A stretch of DNA of 64,000 nucleotides from Candidatus Bathyarchaeota archaeon (GTDB lineage Archaea > Thermoproteota > Bathyarchaeia > Bathyarchaeales > Bathycorpusculaceae), in NCBI GenBank assembly GCA_963767735.1, contig CAVYES010000002.1, forward strand, positions 85,862 to 149,861, read 5' to 3'. The notes under the pieces are model-generated. The model ran no database searches. It saw only the letters and a list, made by a program, of their open reading frames with translations, and was not told where the DNA came from. The position numbers and the translations under genes are program-made. Shown one piece after another: positions 58,834-64,000 of the stretch (the stretch's first letter is position 1; each line of letters begins with the position of its first letter).

Positions 58834-60294
58834 TTAATTTATATCTTTAAAGAACAGCCGTGTCTCCCCCATTGTTTTGATGTCTAGGGCTCGGACGCGT
58901 GCTACAATAGGAAAGTCACTTACGACTTTGCCAAGTGTGAGGCAATGGTGGGGTGGCAGATCACGGGCGATCGAACGTACAGTTTCCGCATCCACGCGGG
59001 CAGCTCGGCTTACAACGTCTAAGTCGTGTTCGTTAGTGAAGTTGAAGAGAAAAATGTTGTCGGCTTGGCGATAAATCGTTTCTTGAATCGTGTCAGGCTG
59101 GTTCGTAATGAAGGTGGTGAATATGCCGAAGTGACGCATACGCGTTACGATGTCATCCCAGTAAGTCTCTCTTAGATAGAGATGAGCTTCTTCTGCGAAA
59201 AGAAATACTGCTTTCAGCTTCCAATTCGAGAGGGAATCAACAAGTTTTCCAAGAGCGTATTCAACTACGATTTGTCGGTCGATGTTCGAGGTGTTTTTCA
59301 GGTTTATGACGATTGCGCCGCCTTGATCCTTGGCTTTCAAGATGCTTTCATCCAGCAATGTTGCTTCACCTGGAGCGTCGGTGAAGAAGCCTGAGTTAGC
59401 AAGGGAATGGAACCGTGAGGCTAACGCGTCGCGGACATGCTGGTTGCAGTTTAAATCGCGAATCGCCTCGCCTAGTTCCTGCATGTTCAATTTTCCTTTT
59501 TCCTTAAGCATCTTCCATATGCGACGGAACTCACGCGCTGAAGTCCCAGGCAAATGCAGTGCATTGACCAGTATGCCCATTACCGTGTTTAGGTGGAGCT
59601 GTTCGAGGGCTACTTTGAAGTTCTGCCCCGGAGTCAGGGTGTGAATTTTGTCGTAGTACATGTTTCTTTTGCCGTCATTACTCATGCCTAAGCTAGTGTA
59701 TTCGCCGTTTAAGTCAAAAATGACGACAGTTGCCCTGTAACCAACCAGGTTAACCATCAACAGCTTTGATAGATGGGATTTGCCGCAGCCTTTCTTGCCC
59801 GTTATGATATTTAACGTTCCATCTATTGCTGAAGCATCAATCGTTAAAAGCGATGAGTCTTTGGTGCCGCCCAAAATTATGGGAAGTTTACCATCAACCT
59901 TTGCCAGTTTCATAAGCATGGGAATGGACAGTTTTTTGATGGTTGATTGCGAACGGCTTGGAAGCCAACTGCTGCTTGGACTAAGCACTCCATTTTCCAA
60001 CGTTGCCCTAATCTTGCAAATCAGCAAGCTAGCGTCTTGGATGTAAGTTATGTGGGGAGCGATTTCCATGGGGTCAATGTCTTCGCCCTGCAAGGGTTCG
60101 CCACCGTCCGGAAGAGTCCGCAAAAGCTCCTCAAGCACTCCGGGAACCGCTGCAAACTGAACATCGATGACCTGCGCAATCAAGGCTTTGGCGGCGTCTT
60201 GGTCTTCGACGAGTAGGTAGTCGCCTTTTTCAGCGCTCTCCGTTGGGAAACTGATGATTTGCAGCATGTTGCCTTCTTTTCTGTAGAGTTTCAT
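58834..60294 (-). CDS. HerA/DUF87 family ATPase (helicase/translocase)
   Basis: N-terminal HAS-barrel-like region; GKKGCGKS Walker A, FDLNGEY, FAEEAH Walker B, RMRHFG. Confidence 0.88.
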   Translation of the reverse strand: MKLYRKEGNMLQIISFPTESAEKGDYLLVEDQDAAKALIAQVIDVQFAAVPGVLEELLRTLPDGGEPLQGEDIDPMEIAPHITYIQDASLLICKIRATLENGVLSPSSSWLPSRSQSTIKKLSIPMLMKLAKVDGKLPIILGGTKDSSLLTIDASAIDGTLNIITGKKGCGKSHLSKLLMVNLVGYRATVVIFDLNGEYTSLGMSNDGKRNMYYDKIHTLTPGQNFKVALEQLHLNTVMGILVNALHLPGTSAREFRRIWKMLKEKGKLNMQELGEAIRDLNCNQHVRDALASRFHSLANSGFFTDAPGEATLLDESILKAKDQGGAIVINLKNTSNIDRQIVVEYALGKLVDSLSNWKLKAVFLFAEEAHLYLRETYWDDIVTRMRHFGIFTTFITNQPDTIQETIYRQADNIFLFNFTNEHDLDVVSRAARVDAETVRSIARDLPPHHCLTLGKVVSDFPIVARVRALDIKTMGETRLFFKDIN

Positions 60295-61370
60295 GCGTAG
60301 ATTTCCCCCGAGCCGAACGGACCAAAAAGCAGCCGATGCATGTCTGGGCGGTTTATCATTTGTATGCCGTGTTTGCGTGTGATGAAGTGTTTGATGGCTA
60401 AGACTTCGTTAGCGGTGAAGGTACAGAGGATATGTGATAACCTCAAAGTTTCAGGGTAGCTTTGCTTGTAGAGATCGTTACCGATTAACTTCTGCAAAGC
60501 AGCCATTCTCTGCTCTGACGGGGTTTCTTTATCAATATCTAAACGAAACGCAAAATTTGCCTTGTTTAAACGCGCAACATAAACATCGCCCAGCAGCGTT
60601 ATCGGCGGTTTAAAATGTACACCTGTGGTTTCAAGCAGGTAGGGCGGGTCATGGTTTGGCAGCTGCTCAGTTATCAGGATGCCGTTAGCTCTAAGAGTTG
60701 TTGCTTTTGAGAATGCAAGAACGGTGCTGTCGTTTCTTCTTGCATAACCCAGAATTTCCCTGAGGCGCTGAACAGGTGTATCGATTGTGCCAGAGATTAA
60801 GGAGCCGTCAAAGAGGATTACGCCATGGCTCACGGTTTTGGCAAGCATAGTTTGCAGCCACCTCTCCAATAAGCCGGCAAGTCGCATGGGCATCTGCATG
60901 ATGTTTGGGGCGGCTTGGTGGCTGGCTCCATAGCTGGTGCTGAAATAAGCGTGTTCCAGCGTATTGTAGAGAGCGTTTTTGTTTTCCTCTGTTATGTGGA
61001 ATATGAATGGCCCGAGGCGCGTGTACTTGTAGCTTTGGTTTTGGCGCCACGTGGTTGCTCCCCTGATGGCCACGATTATGCCGGTGCTTGTTTCGCCTAT
61101 TTTTATGGTTGAGGTGTCTATGGCGGCGATTAGGGTTTCTTGGTGGTCTGGTTTTATGGGGATTGATTGTGGTTTTAGTTGTATGCTGGAGGGGTATTGT
61201 TCGGTTACGCTGAATTGTTGCAGGTTTTGGGGGTTTAGTTGGAAGGGTTGGTGCTGGACTTGTTTTAGGGAGTGGAGGCTTTGTTCTAGGAAGCGTTGTG
61301 GGAGTGTTGTGTCGATGGTTGGTTGTGGAAAGTTATATTTGTCAGTAATTGTATATTGTTCAATCACCAT
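60291..61370 (-). CDS. NurA-like nuclease with Gln/Pro-rich N-terminal extension
   Basis: IAAIDTS, VILFDGSL, FSK, YPETLRLSH; its stop overlaps the HerA start (ATGA). Confidence 0.8.
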   Translation of the reverse strand: MVIEQYTITDKYNFPQPTIDTTLPQRFLEQSLHSLKQVQHQPFQLNPQNLQQFSVTEQYPSSIQLKPQSIPIKPDHQETLIAAIDTSTIKIGETSTGIIVAIRGATTWRQNQSYKYTRLGPFIFHITEENKNALYNTLEHAYFSTSYGASHQAAPNIMQMPMRLAGLLERWLQTMLAKTVSHGVILFDGSLISGTIDTPVQRLREILGYARRNDSTVLAFSKATTLRANGILITEQLPNHDPPYLLETTGVHFKPPITLLGDVYVARLNKANFAFRLDIDKETPSEQRMAALQKLIGNDLYKQSYPETLRLSHILCTFTANEVLAIKHFITRKHGIQMINRPDMHRLLFGPFGSGEIYA

Positions 61371-61459
61371 GATTCACCAATATTCAATATCTTATTGGTG
61401 AAATATTTAAATATTGTGCATGCGCATCTTGCACAATACAATATGCAACAAGTGAGAAC

Positions 61460-61867
61460 TTGACAGAAAAACAGCAAAACCCACCAATACGCGTAAAAAT
61501 GAAAATCGGCGACATAGAATTCGAAATCGAAGCTCAACCAGACCAAATCCAAACCGCCGTAGACAGAATACTCGCCACAGTCACCGAACGACTAAAAAAC
61601 ACAAACCTCGCCCAAGTAGCCGAACGCCCAGCCCCACCACCCAGAGCAGAAACATGCAAAGGCATAATCCAAAAACTCTGGGAAGAAAACTGGTTCAGCG
61701 AACCAAAAGGCCTAGACGACGTTCACACTGAACTCGCTAGACGCGGATTCCACTACGACCGCACCGCCGTAGCACACGCACTAGTAGACCTAGTCAAAGA
61801 CAACATACTCACACGCTTAGGCAAACCACGACGATACCAATACGCACAAAAAAGACCCCCAATTTAA
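61460..61867 (+). CDS. Hypothetical protein with C-terminal winged-helix-like domain
   Basis: IQKLWEENWFSEPKGLDDVHTELARRGFHYDRTAVAHALVDLVKDNILTRLG. Confidence 0.75.
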   Translation: MTEKQQNPPIRVKMKIGDIEFEIEAQPDQIQTAVDRILATVTERLKNTNLAQVAERPAPPPRAETCKGIIQKLWEENWFSEPKGLDDVHTELARRGFHYDRTAVAHALVDLVKDNILTRLGKPRRYQYAQKRPPI

Positions 61868-61929
61868 CATTTGCAAAAATCCCGAAGCAGTTGCCAAATT
61901 TTAAATAACAATTTTATATAATACAGTTT

Positions 61930-62421
61930 ATGCAAGTCACTGATTTAGTGCGTTATAATCACGTTGTTCGTGGATTCTATCTGGATGCTATGGCAAAGTT
62001 GCCTTGGGCGGCGGTTGTTGAGCCTAAAGGGTTAAGTTTTGATTCGATACGTAATGTGTTTTTGCATTTGACGTTTGTTGAAGACAGGTGGATAAACTGC
62101 ATCATCCCTGGCCATTCCGATGAGTGGGTTGACCTAAGCTTCGATGATTTCAAAGACATGGACTCATTAAAAAAATACGTGCAGCAAACCGAGATTAAAA
62201 CTGAAAAGTACTTAGAGAAACTCTCAAACGAAGAATTGAACAAACAAATCGTAATTCCCTGGGGAAACAAGCCAGACATGCGCATCAGCATCGAAACGGC
62301 TCTTTGCCAAATTGTCACGGAAGACCTGATTCATTATGGTGAATTATCGGCGCTTTTTTGGCAAATGGGCATCGAGGCACCATACCTTGGCTTTTGGCGC
62401 TACAAACATATGCATCCGTAG
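61930..62421 (+). CDS. DinB/YfiT family protein
   Basis: SIRNVFLHL..VEDRW...IHYGEL..L..QMG.E.P four-helix pattern. Confidence 0.85.
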   Translation: MQVTDLVRYNHVVRGFYLDAMAKLPWAAVVEPKGLSFDSIRNVFLHLTFVEDRWINCIIPGHSDEWVDLSFDDFKDMDSLKKYVQQTEIKTEKYLEKLSNEELNKQIVIPWGNKPDMRISIETALCQIVTEDLIHYGELSALFWQMGIEAPYLGFWRYKHMHP

Positions 62422-62497
62422 ATTAGCAAAGGTTTATACTTTAATTTCTTTATTGTATTCTTGTTTTTTAGGTTTAATTTTGAGTGGAGGTGAAATT

Positions 62498-62938
62498 TTG
62501 GCTGATATTGTAGATACTGCGATGGGTTCAGACATGTTTAAGACGCTTGTAATGGCTGTAAAAACTGCTGGGCTGGTTGATGCGTTAAAGATGCCGGGTC
62601 CATTTACGGTTTTTGCGCCCACTGATGAAGCATTCGCTAAAGTACCTAAAGCTGACCTTGACATTCTTATGAAAGACACCATGAAGTTGAAGGATGTTTT
62701 GCTGTTCCATGTGGCTGAAGGAAAAATGATGGCTGCAGATTTGGCTAAACACGAGTATCTTAAGGCGCTTCAGGGAGGAGAATTAAGGATAGACGCGAAA
62801 ACTTGGCATTTGCACAGAAACATGAAAATTAACGGCGCAAACATCATCAAACCAGACATGGTCGTTGATAATGGAGTCATCCATGCCATAGACAAAGTGT
62901 TAATGCCCAAGATGGCAATGATGAATCCAAAAATGTAG
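62498..62938 (+). CDS. Fasciclin (FAS1) domain protein without signal peptide
   Basis: DIVDTA, FTVFAPTDEAF, NGVIHAIDKVL; GGAGGTGA SD upstream of TTG 62498. Confidence 0.92.
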   Translation: MADIVDTAMGSDMFKTLVMAVKTAGLVDALKMPGPFTVFAPTDEAFAKVPKADLDILMKDTMKLKDVLLFHVAEGKMMAADLAKHEYLKALQGGELRIDAKTWHLHRNMKINGANIIKPDMVVDNGVIHAIDKVLMPKMAMMNPKM

Positions 62939-62980
62939 ATAAAGCCTGTAATTTAATAGGAATCTCTATTTTTTTTAAAA

Positions 62981-63166
62981 TTGACGCAAAAAAAGAAAGT
63001 GAAATTTGGGGCTTATTTGCTGGTTTTCGGGCTTGGTTTTGCGCTTGCTTTAGGCTTTGCCGTTGCTTTAACCGGTTTCATTGGTTCGCCACAACACATT
63101 ATCTCTGTTGTTTCGCAACCGCATGGTTCTTCAACTAAGATTACTAGCCCACAATCTTCACAGTGA
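62981..63166 (+). CDS. Small single-TM hypothetical protein
   Basis: Basic N-terminus, one hydrophobic helix, Ser-rich tail. Confidence 0.4.
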   Translation: MTQKKKVKFGAYLLVFGLGFALALGFAVALTGFIGSPQHIISVVSQPHGSSTKITSPQSSQ

Positions 63167-63301
63167 TATTTGTCGCCTTTTTTATTTGCCAAAAATTAAC
63201 ACTTCCTTAAAATTTCGCTATATTATAATGTAATGAACATTCTAATAAAAATATCCAAATTAATTCGAAGCGTCAACGCATTTGATGCCGAGGAAAAGAA
63301 C

Positions 63302-63742
63302 CTAGGAGGTTAAGCAGTTTTTTTTAATTTGTTGTTCCATCTTCCTTGCTACATGGTCAAGTTTCGCTCTTTCAACCTCTTTTAGGCTGTTGAAATTTGG
63401 CAGTTTCTGTCCTTCAAATCTGGGAACTACATGCACATGGATGTGAAAAATGTCTTGTCCAGCTGCCCTGCCGTTTTGCTGAATAATGGTGATGCCGTCG
63501 CTGTTTGTAACTTTTTTAACTGCTGTAGAAACTTGTTTAGTCACCTTGTAAATTTGGCTAAGCACCTCTTCGGGAATATCAAAAATATCGACGTAGTGCT
63601 CTTTTGGAATAATAAGGGTGTGCCCCTCGTTTAAAGGCCGTATATCCATGAAAGCCATCACCGTTTCATCCTCGTAAACGATGCTTGCCGTGGCTTGTTT
63701 TCTTACTATTTTGCAGAATATGCAGGATTCGTCAAAGCTCAA
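63302..63742 (-). CDS. HIT family protein
   Basis: CIFCKI, GHTLIIPKEH, GQDIFHIHVHVVPR. Confidence 0.94.
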   Translation of the reverse strand: MSFDESCIFCKIVRKQATASIVYEDETVMAFMDIRPLNEGHTLIIPKEHYVDIFDIPEEVLSQIYKVTKQVSTAVKKVTNSDGITIIQQNGRAAGQDIFHIHVHVVPRFEGQKLPNFNSLKEVERAKLDHVARKMEQQIKKNCLTS

Positions 63743-63836
63743 ATCAAAGTCACCTTTGAAGGAATTAACATGTTTGCAATCAGTTTATATGTTAAGGCAA
63801 CTTCATATTTATTTCACTGACCAGAGGGTTAAAAAA

Positions 63837-64000
63837 ATGACTGAGTTAGAAGATAAAGTACGCGTAGAAGTAGGCAAAGTGCAAGACCCAGAAACAGGAC
63901 AAACATTTGAAGAAATGCAGATGATCCAAAGCGTAAAAGAAACTGAGCCCGGCACAGTCACAGTAGAATTCGTCCCCACCAGCCCATTCTGCCCCATAGC
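63837..64000 (+). CDS. DUF59/MIP18 (FeS assembly SufT-like) protein, 3' end runs off the window
   Basis: Manual translation MTELEDKV..EVGKVQDPETG...VEFVPTSPFCPIA. Confidence 0.85.
   Translation, partial: MTELEDKVRVEVGKVQDPETGQTFEEMQMIQSVKETEPGTVTVEFVPTSPFCPI

Noticed and set aside
1-64000. tRNA, rRNA, CRISPR arrays, transposases and integrases
   Set aside because: None recognised by eye; a tRNAscan-SE/Infernal run would be needed to exclude small RNAs.

Overview
64 kb of an archaeal chromosome, most likely Candidatus Bathyarchaeia. This is inferred from the paired ~1000-aa secreted PQQ-like beta-propeller genes with Lrp/AsnC regulators, a CdvB/ESCRT-III paralog, DGGGP synthase, archaeal DnaG, a PolB3-type polymerase and aIF-1A/aIF-2beta. 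Conserved housekeeping blocks (aIF1A-RIO1-KH; DUF424-aIF2beta / coiled-coil-DUF373-uppS / ychF; dnaG/polB; pyrH) alternate with accessory blocks. The accessory blocks are: a beta-propeller/Lrp cassette; a CoxMSL-type molybdo-hydroxylase module (plus XdhC and MocA) bracketed by a 39-bp imperfect palindrome that recurs a third time 20 kb away; an island with a secreted G1-peptidase-like protein, cytochrome bd (cydAB), a frameshifted prenyl synthase and a ParB-like protein; a CheB-CheR-PAS-histidine kinase fusion; and a DUF2400/HhH-like + PD-(D/E)xK nuclease fusion convergent on an orphan NurA-HerA pair. I saw no rRNA, tRNA, CRISPR array or intact transposase/integrase. All family calls come from motif recognition by eye; no database searches were run.
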